Below, piece after piece: positions 15,889-25,267 of a DNA stretch of 32,000 nt. Below the pieces are notes generated by a model. That model worked only from the letters and a program-made list of their open reading frames with translations, was not told the origin of the DNA and searched no databases. The DNA is taken from positions 450,001 through 482,000 of the forward strand of contig NC_014205.1 in assembly GCF_000092465.1 (NCBI RefSeq), given 5' to 3'. The stretch comes from Staphylothermus hellenicus DSM 12710. GTDB lineage: Archaea > Thermoproteota > Thermoprotei_A > Sulfolobales > Desulfurococcaceae. Each line of letters begins with the position of its first letter. Positions within the stretch are counted from its first letter, which is position 1. The position numbers and the translations under genes were made by a program.

Positions 15889-16948
15889 CGGTGCATGATA
15901 ACTTTATTCTAAAAGTTATTGGATCAAATGATCTAACTACTCGATCACCATATCTTTGATCAACTATGATTAAGCCTTTAACATATTTCTCGGAAGGAAT
16001 AATGCTTCCTTCAGATAATGTAAAAACGGGTTTTCTAGGGTAACCGGCAAAGCCGCTTCTATAACCATGTATTTTTATGTTATAATATGCTTCCTCATTA
16101 AGAATCTTCTCTAAATACTGGGTTCCCGGAAAATATAGGCCTTGTATTATTCTGTAGCTTCCATCATTGTTGTCAAGTATTTCGAGGTCAGCATGTTCAT
16201 ATGTGAATTTGCCGAATCCATGTGTTCTCTCACCGCCAATCCCTAGATCGCTTAGAAGACGTAGAGATGCTTCAATGTCTTTCCTCGAAATATTATTATC
16301 AAGTATTTCGATGCCTAGCAATAATGGAACATTATATATAACTACTGATAAATGATATGGTGTGGCAGAACTAGTTATTCGATCAATAATATTTTTAGGC
16401 CTCCTATCGATTTTAAGGATGTTTCTGGGTTCCTCTTTATTTGAGGTAAGAGCATATCCTAATTCTTTAAGTCTACTGAAATAGAATGATTCTGTACCAC
16501 ATTGAAGCTTTAACTCTATGTTTCCGGCTTCATCACGTGATTCTCTTGCTTCTAGGATGCATTTTGATATATCATGTTTTAGGAGATTAGTTGATGCTAG
16601 AATAGTATTTTTTAATATGTTGTTTGTATCATTGAAGACTTTTAAGGGATTATGGGATTCTGTATTATTTATTAGCTGGATAATTTTATTATACAGTATA
16701 GTGTTTAATCCATTTATCCAAAACATTGGTTCACTATTTATTATTGGGGTTAACGTATTTACTCTGAACAAGTTACTGAAATCTTCTCTGGAATCCAGTA
16801 TTCCTAGTTGTATCATAGAATATATTAGGGCTGACCATATTGTGGTAGATGGTACAAGTTTATTTACAGATTCTACTCCTACGCCCCGCTCTCCTATGTG
16901 AACTGGTGTTTCAAAATAGATCTTATACCATTCTATCAAGTTGATCAC
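15881..16948 (-). CDS. csm4: Csm4-like RAMP (Cas5 family)
   Basis: 355 aa. Contains FETPVHIGERG...VPSTTIWSALIYSM and the C-terminal LGIGGERTHGFGKF. Overlaps the csm5 start by 8 nt. Confidence 0.8.
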   Translation of the reverse strand: MINLIEWYKIYFETPVHIGERGVGVESVNKLVPSTTIWSALIYSMIQLGILDSREDFSNLFRVNTLTPIINSEPMFWINGLNTILYNKIIQLINNTESHNPLKVFNDTNNILKNTILASTNLLKHDISKCILEARESRDEAGNIELKLQCGTESFYFSRLKELGYALTSNKEEPRNILKIDRRPKNIIDRITSSATPYHLSVVIYNVPLLLGIEILDNNISRKDIEASLRLLSDLGIGGERTHGFGKFTYEHADLEILDNNDGSYRIIQGLYFPGTQYLEKILNEEAYYNIKIHGYRSGFAGYPRKPVFTLSEGSIIPSEKYVKGLIIVDQRYGDRVVRSFDPITFRIKLSCTGD

Positions 16949-16966
16949 TCGTTTCCCTTAAGAACT

Positions 16967-17920
16967 TTACTGTGAGCACTTGATCTCTTTAAATATTTCG
17001 CCGGCTATCTCATTAGTTTTTGACAGAAGTGTTTCTACGTCTGTTTTTCCAAGTTTTATTCTTTCAAGTAGATCCACCATGTGTTGTTTGTTGCCGGTTT
17101 CATAATACTCTGGCTTTTTAAGCTTAATACTTATGACCTTAAATTCAACCTTACCATAACCTCTAGTTCCAAAACCACCCAGGTATGTGTCTTCTAAGAG
17201 CTTCATTCCTGTGAATAGTAATTTAATATATTCTCTTATCTTATCATTACTACAGTCAACATCGTATAGCAATATTCTAAATGCACCTTTAAACTCAACA
17301 TCAGGCTTTATGCGTAGAATAGTTCGTGGATTAGCAGCACTGGTGATTCTATCTATGGAGTTTTCGGTTTTTTCTTCTATAAAAGCTTCTTTGCTTAGAG
17401 CACCTTTGTCTAGTAGCTTAGATATATATTCTGTCGAAGGATATATATCCTCGACAATAAGCCTTGTAGGTGCATACTTTTCTAGAATTTCATTATATAG
17501 ATCCCGGTTTTTCTTAGCTATTTTCGATAAATCCACTGAGGGCGAGCCGAATAAGTTGTCGAGTGCATGTTCTAGATCAGTACACCAGTTCTTAGCTATA
17601 TCTCTAACATGTATATAGATCTTGTTATCGCTAGAATATAATGGTGCACCCTCATATATTTCTAATAGACTTCTAATGCGGCCTTTTAAACTAGAACCAG
17701 GAATATATGGTACTTCTATTTCCCCAACCTCATATACTTGGTTGTCCTTTGTGATATTACCGTAGTTCTTAACAATAAACATTGGCTGAATATCATGTCC
17801 TCCAATGGTAGTTTTTGCAAGTGGTGACTGTATTAGTAATCCTGTTTTATTAATGAGTTTAAATCTTATCTCAACTACTCCAATAAGTTTTCTTCTAATA
17901 TATTGTTCTTGGCTCATCAC
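16967..17920 (-). CDS. csm3: Csm3-like backbone RAMP (Cas7), unusually long
   Basis: 317 aa. Contains IGGHDIQP (candidate catalytic Asp region), PYIPGSSLKGRIRSLLE, NLFGSP, ENSIDRITSAANPR and GGFGTRGYGKV. Confidence 0.85.
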   Translation of the reverse strand: MMSQEQYIRRKLIGVVEIRFKLINKTGLLIQSPLAKTTIGGHDIQPMFIVKNYGNITKDNQVYEVGEIEVPYIPGSSLKGRIRSLLEIYEGAPLYSSDNKIYIHVRDIAKNWCTDLEHALDNLFGSPSVDLSKIAKKNRDLYNEILEKYAPTRLIVEDIYPSTEYISKLLDKGALSKEAFIEEKTENSIDRITSAANPRTILRIKPDVEFKGAFRILLYDVDCSNDKIREYIKLLFTGMKLLEDTYLGGFGTRGYGKVEFKVISIKLKKPEYYETGNKQHMVDLLERIKLGKTDVETLLSKTNEIAGEIFKEIKCSQ

Positions 17921-17938
17921 AGTAATAACCTCCCATAT

Positions 17939-18370
17939 CTACTCGAATTTATTATAATAAAAAGCAAGCATAGAATCTATGATCATCTTGATTGTCCTAA
18001 CGTGAACTCTTAGAGATTCATCATCAAGATTTCTGATCTGCTTTAAAAAGGTTTCAAGAATTCCTACCAGTGAATTTGATAAGTCCCTGTTTAATTGTTT
18101 TCTTTCAGCTTGATATCTTATCAATATTGCGGATTCTACAAGATCAGCAATATATTTATCTCGATCTTCAGGATTGGATAAGAGCTTATCTAGTATTGAT
18201 GTTAATATTGAGTGTATTTTTCTATATGCAGTTTTAGATGTGTATTTGATATAGTTTCTACCGTATTTTGCAATATTTTGTAGTACTAAGTCATAGTTTT
18301 TATTTTTCACAATATCAAGATATGTATTAACAAGAATATCTTTTTGATATCTATATGACAATAATATCAA
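17939..18370 (-). CDS. csm2: Small subunit (Cas11/Csm2-like), all-helical
   Basis: 143 aa, helical. Contains a YTSKTAYRKIHSIL segment resembling the TSQLRK motif of Csm2. First gene of the operon. The start (TTG) is uncertain by a few codons. Confidence 0.6.
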   Translation of the reverse strand: MILLSYRYQKDILVNTYLDIVKNKNYDLVLQNIAKYGRNYIKYTSKTAYRKIHSILTSILDKLLSNPEDRDKYIADLVESAILIRYQAERKQLNRDLSNSLVGILETFLKQIRNLDDESLRVHVRTIKMIIDSMLAFYYNKFE

Positions 18371-18576
18371 ACCTCATATAGTTATAGAAACATCTGTATC
18401 TATTACATATATTTAGAAAAGAAATAAGATATAAGCTTTTTCTTATTAGATTTTTTATTAGAAAAATGTATTGACAATCCTATGAACACACAAAGTTACC
18501 TATGGATTAATTAGACAAAAAAATGTTACTTGATTATAAGTTTTAATTTATATTTCCCATTTATTGTTAATATTTT

Positions 18577-19239
18577 TTGGAGGGGAATTTATTGGTTAAT
18601 TTATATTTAGTTATTGTGAGATCTGATCAAAAAGTTAATACTTCAGTAATTAATAGTATTTTGGATCTTGTTAATGAGCTTTTTATTTCTTGGTTTAATG
18701 GTTCTTATCATAATGGGTTGTTTTTTGGAGTTATTAGTGATTTTTATGGTTTAAAGGATGTAGCCTTGGCTTTTTATTCATTAATTGCTTCTTTTATAAA
18801 AAATATTAGGATATATGTTTTTGATTATAATGATCTTTTATTATATATATTTAATGGTGTTAAAGGTAGATCCGTTAGTTTTTCTACGATTCTCTCTAAA
18901 TCCGCATATGTAGGTTATATTATTGCTTGTAATAAGGGGTTTCCAAGGGCTTCGAAAATTAGATTGAATGAACAGATTATGGATAACGTTTGTAGAAGCT
19001 ATGGTATAAAAGAATATGTGTCTACGAGTTCTATAAGGGAGAAATGCATTATGGATAAGCTTAGTGGTAGTATTAAGTATGGAAAATACGTAGTAAATAT
19101 ATTATTTAAATGCGACAGTGTAAACGATCTATTGCAGCTTTTGAGACAAATTATATTAATGGGTATTTTTAGTGATAAGTTGTTTATCCAAGAATGTGTA
19201 ATTAAACCCTTATGGAGAATTCATGAGAATAAACAATAA
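18577..19239 (+). CDS. Hypothetical protein divergent from the type III operon (candidate accessory; alternating beta/alpha N-terminal pattern)
   Basis: 220-aa ORF. TTG start, with GGAGGGG just inside, so the true start may be TTG at 18592. No diagnostic Cas6, CARF or HEPN motif seen. Confidence 0.55.
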   Translation: MEGNLLVNLYLVIVRSDQKVNTSVINSILDLVNELFISWFNGSYHNGLFFGVISDFYGLKDVALAFYSLIASFIKNIRIYVFDYNDLLLYIFNGVKGRSVSFSTILSKSAYVGYIIACNKGFPRASKIRLNEQIMDNVCRSYGIKEYVSTSSIREKCIMDKLSGSIKYGKYVVNILFKCDSVNDLLQLLRQIILMGIFSDKLFIQECVIKPLWRIHENKQ

Positions 19240-19503
19240 CCGGCATTTTCCCCTAGTATTGTTGTTTGTTTTTATTTACTTTTTATGCTTAGCTTTCTTG
19301 TTGAGCGTATTAGATTTTTCAGGTTTGCTTAGTATTTCTTAGTACTTGCTTGGATTGTTTATAATACATATGATGAATTTAAAGAAAATAAAAACAAATA
19401 TAATAATATAAGGAAAAATTCTTATTTGGATTCTAAGATTTTACAAGAATTTTTTGATTTATTTTTTTCTAAAACAAATATAGGGTATTATTAGTGGTGC
19501 TTT

Positions 19504-20046
19504 ATGAGTACTGATGATGAGTTGCTTAGGATACTGGAGAAGATTGCTTCGAGAATTGTGGAGAAGGAGAAAAAGAAGGAGGAGTATCGTAGCCGTGTTG
19601 AGTTCAGTGTTTTGAGCACGGATTCTCCGCATGGTATTTATGTTTATGATAAGGAGAAGGATAAGTGGGTTTTAGTAAAGAAGGAGAATGGGCCGTTCAA
19701 GCCTGATAAGGATGGGTTTCATATAGTATATTTTGATAATGTGAAGTGTCCTGCATGTAAAATATATGATTTGAGCTGGTACCCGTATGTTAGACTTGTT
19801 GGTTCAACACTTGAGAATACTTATTTCTACATAGTATATTGTGATTGGTTTGCTCAAGAATGCGATTCAGAAGCTGCGAGAAACAGTTTCAAACACTACG
19901 ATATACGTGCTTCGCCAACGACTCTGCTACTATATGTTGAGAATGGTGAGGTAAAGGATCAAAAGAAAGTGGAGGGTGCAAAAACGCTTGACAAGCTAGC
20001 ATCGATAATAGATGAATTTATTAGGAGAAACAAGAAAAAACAATAA
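19504..20046 (+). CDS. Thioredoxin-fold protein with a CPAC active-site motif
   Basis: 180 aa. FDNVKCPACKIYD (CxxC) and a downstream SPTTLL (cis-Pro-like) are consistent with a thioredoxin-like fold. Helical N-terminal extension. Confidence 0.65.
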   Translation: MSTDDELLRILEKIASRIVEKEKKKEEYRSRVEFSVLSTDSPHGIYVYDKEKDKWVLVKKENGPFKPDKDGFHIVYFDNVKCPACKIYDLSWYPYVRLVGSTLENTYFYIVYCDWFAQECDSEAARNSFKHYDIRASPTTLLLYVENGEVKDQKKVEGAKTLDKLASIIDEFIRRNKKKQ

Positions 20047-20049
20047 GAT

Positions 20050-20556
20050 CTATGTTTTATGTGGCCCCTCAAATCTCCAGATCTCCTCGTATAGATGCGG
20101 TATTATTTCTAAAAGTATTTTTAATCCAAGCTTCACAGCACCAGTAGAGCCTGGTAATGCAACAGCTATTCTACCATCATATAAAATAAATAGTTCAGCC
20201 CTACTAATTATTCCGCGAAAACCGATCTCTTCAAAAGATAAACGCCGAAACAACTCGCCGAAACCAGGTAGTTTTCGCCAAGCAATACTTTCCACAGTAT
20301 CAACAGTTATATCGCGAGGACCAGGACCTGTTCCACCAATAAACAATAATACATCGCCTCGACGCTCACGGATCACCTTAACGATCTCTCTAGGATTATT
20401 TGGAACAACAACTTTATCCACAACAACATATCCATTATTCTTCAATGTTTCAACAGCAACCTCACCACTCACATCCTTCTTCAACCCCTGAAAAACATTA
20501 TCACTAACAACTATAACTAAGAAACTAATACTCAAAACACCATCTCCCCACATCAC
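20050..20556 (-). CDS. moaB: Molybdenum cofactor biosynthesis protein B (MoaB/MogA family)
   Basis: 168 aa. Contains VVSDN...DVSG and FIGGTGPGPRDITVDTV, which are characteristic of MoaB/Mog. Confidence 0.8.
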   Translation of the reverse strand: MMWGDGVLSISFLVIVVSDNVFQGLKKDVSGEVAVETLKNNGYVVVDKVVVPNNPREIVKVIRERRGDVLLFIGGTGPGPRDITVDTVESIAWRKLPGFGELFRRLSFEEIGFRGIISRAELFILYDGRIAVALPGSTGAVKLGLKILLEIIPHLYEEIWRFEGPHKT

Positions 20557-20766
20557 AGCTAACTTTTCACTTTTTACTAAGAGAAATATACATGTTCCTC
20601 ATAAAATACATAATCCCTCTACTAGGCTATAAAGTGACTAATACTTATGTTGAACTGTTTCATTGATAATTAAGAAGGAAACAATGTAATAACCTAGCCT
20701 AGATAATAATGAGAAATATTGATTTATATTCAGTGATTATTTCGCTTAGTCAAAACGCTTATAGGA

Positions 20767-21867
20767 TTATATAATTGTTTTTTCATCTTCTTTTCTGAAT
20801 ATATGTATTTTATCTATGTCAATATATGCTGTTAGGGTTTCTCCATGGAATTTATGGCTTCCACTAAGCTTGACCACTATTATGTTGCTTCCCGTATTTA
20901 AATGGATAATAGTATCTGAGCCTAGTGGCTCTATGAAATCTATTTTACCCTGTATCTTAGCGAGTCTTCTCGTCTTGCTCGGTATGAATTCTTCTGGATA
21001 TACGTGTTCCGGCCTGATCCCGACAATCACTGTTTTACCAATATATTCTTTTAACACCTCAGCTATGTCTCCAGGTATTTCTATCTTGAAGTCTCCAGCG
21101 TCAAGCACTGCTTTATTGTTCTCAACCATAACTGTTGCATCAAAGAAGTTCATTTGCGGCGTACCAATGAATCCGGCTACGAACTTGTTCGCAGGCTTAT
21201 TATATACTTCATCAGGTGTTCCAACCTGCATGATCATGCCGCTATTCATAACTGCTATTCTATCCCCCATAGTCATTGCTTCTACTTGGTCATGTGTAAC
21301 ATATATTGTGGTAACCTTGATTTTTCTCTGAAGCTTCTTCAACTCACTCCTCATCTTAACCCTCAATAATGCATCGAGATTGCTTAGAGGCTCATCCATT
21401 AATAACACATCTGGTTCAACAACAATAGCTCTAGCCACAGCCACCCTCTGCCTCTGCCCACCAGATAATTGGTGGGGATACCTATCAAGCAACTCCTCAA
21501 TTCGCAGAAGCTCCGCTGCCCACCTAACCTTCTTTCTAATCTCCTCCTTAGGTACACCTTTAATCTTCAACGGGAAAGCTATGTTATCGAAAACCTTCAT
21601 GTGAGGCCATACAGCGTAGCTTTGGAAAACCATTGAGACATTTCTTTCACGAGGCGGCAAATAGGTTACGTCTTTATTTCCAAAAATAACCCTCCCCTTA
21701 TTCGGCCTCTCAAGACCAGCAATTATTCTTAGAGTAGTTGTTTTACCGCATCCCGACGGGCCTAGTAGGACAATGAATTCTCCATTGTTCACATCTAAAT
21801 CTATTCCTCTCAACGCTATTGTTTTACCAAATCTTTTCACAACACTTCTTAAATGCACATCAACCAT
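20767..21867 (-). CDS. Sugar ABC transporter ATP-binding protein (MalK/UgpC-like)
   Basis: Walker A GPSGCGKTT, signature LSGGQRQRVA, Walker B LLMDEPLS, and a C-terminal regulatory domain. The start is taken at ATG 21867, which has GGAGGGGTG 6 nt upstream, rather than the track start at 21903. Confidence 0.9.
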   Translation of the reverse strand: MVDVHLRSVVKRFGKTIALRGIDLDVNNGEFIVLLGPSGCGKTTTLRIIAGLERPNKGRVIFGNKDVTYLPPRERNVSMVFQSYAVWPHMKVFDNIAFPLKIKGVPKEEIRKKVRWAAELLRIEELLDRYPHQLSGGQRQRVAVARAIVVEPDVLLMDEPLSNLDALLRVKMRSELKKLQRKIKVTTIYVTHDQVEAMTMGDRIAVMNSGMIMQVGTPDEVYNKPANKFVAGFIGTPQMNFFDATVMVENNKAVLDAGDFKIEIPGDIAEVLKEYIGKTVIVGIRPEHVYPEEFIPSKTRRLAKIQGKIDFIEPLGSDTIIHLNTGSNIIVVKLSGSHKFHGETLTAYIDIDKIHIFRKEDEKTII

Positions 21868-21881
21868 ACAAACCACCCCTC

Positions 21882-22733
21882 CTACTTGAGAGTTATACCC
21901 CACATTTGAATCAAGTATTTACCAGCTACAAATACGAAGACAATTGCTGGGATAACCATTATGAATGCAGCCGAGAATTTAATGAAATCTGTTGATGCAA
22001 GTGCTGATTGTAGAATGAATGCAGGAAGTGTTCTGTTTTTAAAAGTTAATACTGCCGCAATAAATACTTCGTTCCACGACATAATAAATGTAAATATTGC
22101 AGCAGCTGTTAACCCCGGTAGTGCTAGTGGCATTGTTATTCTTAGAAATGCTTGAATCCTGCTTAAACCAAAGATTAAACCAGCTTCTTCAAGCTCAACA
22201 GGTACTCCGGCAAATATGCTTGAAGTAATTAATACAACAAAGGGTGTAGCCATAGCTGTATGTGCAAGTGCTACTCCTAGGAGTGTATCGTTTAGTCCTA
22301 GCTGTAAATAAAGGGTTACTAGGGGTACAGCGATGACTATTATGGGGAACATTCTGAGCCCGACAAGGAATAGTTTAAGAGAATCTTTTCCGCGAAACTT
22401 ATATCTTGCAAAAGCATATCCTGCTGGAAGGCCTATTATGAAGCTGAAAAGGATCGTTAATGATGCTACAATGACACTGTTAATTATTGCTTGTCCAGCT
22501 CCGAGGTCAAGCAAGCTCTTTACATGCTCGAAAGTATATCTTGTAGGAAGAATAATGTATCTATTATAGTATTGTAGAGGATCAGATAAAGCATAAATAA
22601 TCGTCATAATAAATGGTAGTACAACCCATGAAACAACAATTATTACTGCAGCAGCAAACAATATCTTGAACAAATAGTATCTCACAACAGATTTCTTCTC
22701 CAAAATAACTTGTTCCTCAACCATAATGTTCAA
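21882..22733 (-). CDS. Sugar ABC transporter permease (MalG-like)
   Basis: 283 aa, multi-TM. EAA loop LEEAGLIFGLSRIQAFLRITMPLALPG. The start overlaps the upstream stop. Confidence 0.85.
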   Translation of the reverse strand: MNIMVEEQVILEKKSVVRYYLFKILFAAAVIIVVSWVVLPFIMTIIYALSDPLQYYNRYIILPTRYTFEHVKSLLDLGAGQAIINSVIVASLTILFSFIIGLPAGYAFARYKFRGKDSLKLFLVGLRMFPIIVIAVPLVTLYLQLGLNDTLLGVALAHTAMATPFVVLITSSIFAGVPVELEEAGLIFGLSRIQAFLRITMPLALPGLTAAAIFTFIMSWNEVFIAAVLTFKNRTLPAFILQSALASTDFIKFSAAFIMVIPAIVFVFVAGKYLIQMWGITLK

Positions 22734-23584
22734 GCCTCCAAATACCTAGCTTTGAATAGTTTTGTATAAATATACCCTATTACTACAGAAATCAATGCTA
22801 TGATTAATGCATATAGAGAAGCAACACCTGAATGGTGGAGCTCTGTTTGTTCATAATATGCTTCCCCAGCCAAGACAGGTATATCTCTGCCTGCAAGAGT
22901 CCATACTACCCCGAATATTTGGAAAGCAAATAATGTCCTAATAATTAGTGCTGCTTGAAGACTAGGCAGCAACATGGGGAAAACAATGTATCTAAACCTC
23001 TGCCACGGTGTGGCGCCGAAGACGTCTGCTGCTTCATAGTATTCTCTACTGATCATTTGTAATCCTGCAAACAATATTACGAAGACAATGGCTGTAGCTC
23101 TCCAAACCTCCGTAATAACTATTGCTAAGAACTCCATATTTCTATTTGCCGCTCCGAAAAACCTGACAGGCTCGCTTATTATTCCCGCGGAAATCAAGAG
23201 TTTATTGAAGAAGCCGTTAGGGCTAAGCATAACATACCATATTAGACCAGCTGCAACATCACTAATCGTTAATGGTAGTATAATTGAGTAAACAGCTAAG
23301 TTATGGCCTTTAAATGGTACATTCATTAATAAAGCTATGGCAAACGCTACACCAACTTGTATCGGAATAATAAATGCTGCAAGAAGTAATGTATACTTTA
23401 GTGCATCCCAGAACTTGGATAATGGACTATAAAATAAATAATTAACATTAGCCATCGTGAACTCTCCATTCTCGAAGAAGGCTAAGCCAACAGCTTGTAC
23501 AAGGGGATAACCAATAAAGAAAACCATGTAAAGCAATGCAGGCATCAATAATAAGTAGGGAATATATTTCTCAATCTTCACCAT
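22730..23584 (-). CDS. Sugar ABC transporter permease (MalF-like)
   Basis: Multi-TM. EAA loop YYEAADVFGATPWQRFRYIVFPMLLPS. The probable start is ATG 23584 (MVKIEKYIPYLLLMPALL); the track ORF extends to 23674. Confidence 0.8.
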   Translation of the reverse strand: MVKIEKYIPYLLLMPALLYMVFFIGYPLVQAVGLAFFENGEFTMANVNYLFYSPLSKFWDALKYTLLLAAFIIPIQVGVAFAIALLMNVPFKGHNLAVYSIILPLTISDVAAGLIWYVMLSPNGFFNKLLISAGIISEPVRFFGAANRNMEFLAIVITEVWRATAIVFVILFAGLQMISREYYEAADVFGATPWQRFRYIVFPMLLPSLQAALIIRTLFAFQIFGVVWTLAGRDIPVLAGEAYYEQTELHHSGVASLYALIIALISVVIGYIYTKLFKARYLEA

Positions 23585-23747
23585 AAATGGGATCTCTTCA
23601 TTACCCAACCCATGAAAACCTCCTAAACCCCTATAAATCCTATGTGAACTATATGGGTAATATACATATCTCAATATGGTGTATGGAAAAAAGGTGTATA
23701 TATTTTGTAGAGTTTTGCTATCAAAAACATTTTATCCTATTAATCTA

Positions 23748-25088
23748 TTAACCAACTGGTTGATCTGGTGGTGGTAATGGCAAGCCCTGGCTCTGGAACA
23801 GATCTATTAGTTGTGGGTAGAGGTTGTCAAGTGTTGATTTGATATCCTCGTTGTTCAACACTATTTTCTCGAAGGCTGTTAGATATATTTGTTTGAAGTC
23901 TCCACCCTTAGCTCCCAGGCTAGGTATAAGTGCTACTAATGCATCAGATGTTGATTGCTGAGCCATAACACCTTTAGCTAATACCTGTAATGGACCTGCT
24001 GGAACCTGCTCGGAGGCTTCCTTGACTGTTGGGAAGAATCCAACCTCTTCTAATACCTTGACCTGTGTTTCTGGCCTTGTTAGGTAATCTATTAGCTTCC
24101 ATGCTTCATCCTCGTGTGGAGCACCTTTTGGTATTGCTAGTCCAGCTACTACTAGGATGAATCCTCTTCCCTTAGGCCCACGTGGTACTGGGACAACGTC
24201 GAACTGGTCAGGCTTCTGCTCAATAGCGTCCTTGATACGGGCTGTGTGGTCCCATGCAATCCATACATCTTCTTTTAGAAGTGGGTCAGCCATTGCATCA
24301 TAAGTTGTACTCTCTGGAACAACGTATTTCCATAATTCCTTGAGATACTGCCACATAGCAACTGCGTCATCGCTGTTGAAGTTCTTTACTTGTGCTCCTG
24401 TAAATGATGGGTAGAGGTAGCCGTGTAGGAATCTAACGAATAACCCGTTAGGTCCTGCTGGGAATCCTAGTTTTGGCCCGCCAGTCTTCTCATAAAGGTT
24501 CTTTGCCCACTCTAATAATGCATCATATGTCCACTTCTCTGTACCTGTCATAACGTCATCCTTGGTTAATCCTGATGGTAGATAATCCCATGCTTTCTTG
24601 TTAACTACCATAACATATGTAGCAGTCATCCATGGAATATATGCTTTAATGCCATGGATATGACTATATTGCTCGAGAACATCTGGGAATGTTCTCCCAC
24701 TTAATGCTGGGAACTTGCTTAAATCTTCTAACCATCCCTGACTAGCGAAATAATCGATTCCACCATGAAGTTCTCCGATAAGATCAATTGTTACCTTACC
24801 GCTTTGCTCCTCACTTTGAAGCCTTGTATTTAGCTCATCATAGCTCAAACCAACAAATTCCACACTTATCCCAGTCTCATTAGTGAATGGAGGTAATAGT
24901 TCTCCTTTAACAAACGCTTGCTCTTCTGGTGGGACCAGCTGGGTTGAAGCCCATGTAACAGTTACTTGTTGCTGTTGCTGTGTAGATACGTACCACCAGT
25001 AGGCTCCACCAATGATAGCAGCTATAACGATAATAGATATGATGATCGCGAGGGTTTTAGAGATAGCTTCATAGCCCATACTATACAC
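23748..25088 (-). CDS. Extracellular solute-binding protein of the ABC transporter (family 1-like)
   Basis: 446 aa. N-terminal hydrophobic anchor (LAIIISIIVIAAIIGGAYWWY) and a W/Y/P-rich mature domain. First gene of the transporter operon. Confidence 0.8.
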   Translation of the reverse strand: MYSMGYEAISKTLAIIISIIVIAAIIGGAYWWYVSTQQQQQVTVTWASTQLVPPEEQAFVKGELLPPFTNETGISVEFVGLSYDELNTRLQSEEQSGKVTIDLIGELHGGIDYFASQGWLEDLSKFPALSGRTFPDVLEQYSHIHGIKAYIPWMTATYVMVVNKKAWDYLPSGLTKDDVMTGTEKWTYDALLEWAKNLYEKTGGPKLGFPAGPNGLFVRFLHGYLYPSFTGAQVKNFNSDDAVAMWQYLKELWKYVVPESTTYDAMADPLLKEDVWIAWDHTARIKDAIEQKPDQFDVVPVPRGPKGRGFILVVAGLAIPKGAPHEDEAWKLIDYLTRPETQVKVLEEVGFFPTVKEASEQVPAGPLQVLAKGVMAQQSTSDALVALIPSLGAKGGDFKQIYLTAFEKIVLNNEDIKSTLDNLYPQLIDLFQSQGLPLPPPDQPVG

Positions 25089-25267
25089 CTACAGCTTTAC
25101 AATCTTAGACTATAACTATAAAATAATATAGATTATCAAGTAAAAAGTATTACTCTGTTATCACTATAAGTATTGCTATAAAATGAATATATTTATTCGT
25201 ATGATTTATTTTTCCGAATATATAATGTAAAATCTAACATATAGTTAGTGTTCCTAATTATGTGGTC

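Noticed and set aside
12139-17618. Plus-strand ORFs inside cas10, csm5, csm4 and csm3 (12139-12372, 13537-13776, 14624-14836, 15170-15382, 16167-16355, 16518-16901, 17187-17618)
   Set aside because: All are antisense to cas genes with clear RAMP or Cas10 motifs, and none has motifs of its own.
11844-19500. Claim that the cas island is compositionally foreign (lower GC)
   Set aside because: Spot counts of 60-nt lines gave 30-40% GC in the cas genes, but similar values (33%) in the MIPS gene. The difference is not robust without a full calculation.
20012-20491. 159-aa plus-strand ORF
   Set aside because: It is antisense to the clear MoaB gene (GGTGPGPRD motif on the minus strand) and its product is low-complexity S/P/T-rich.
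21868-21903. N-terminal extension of the ABC ATPase (also 28184-28240 for aspS and 23585-23674 for the permease)
   Set aside because: Internal ATG codons with SD-like or TATA-like context give N-termini that match the family norms. The extensions start at non-ATG codons or add non-homologous residues.
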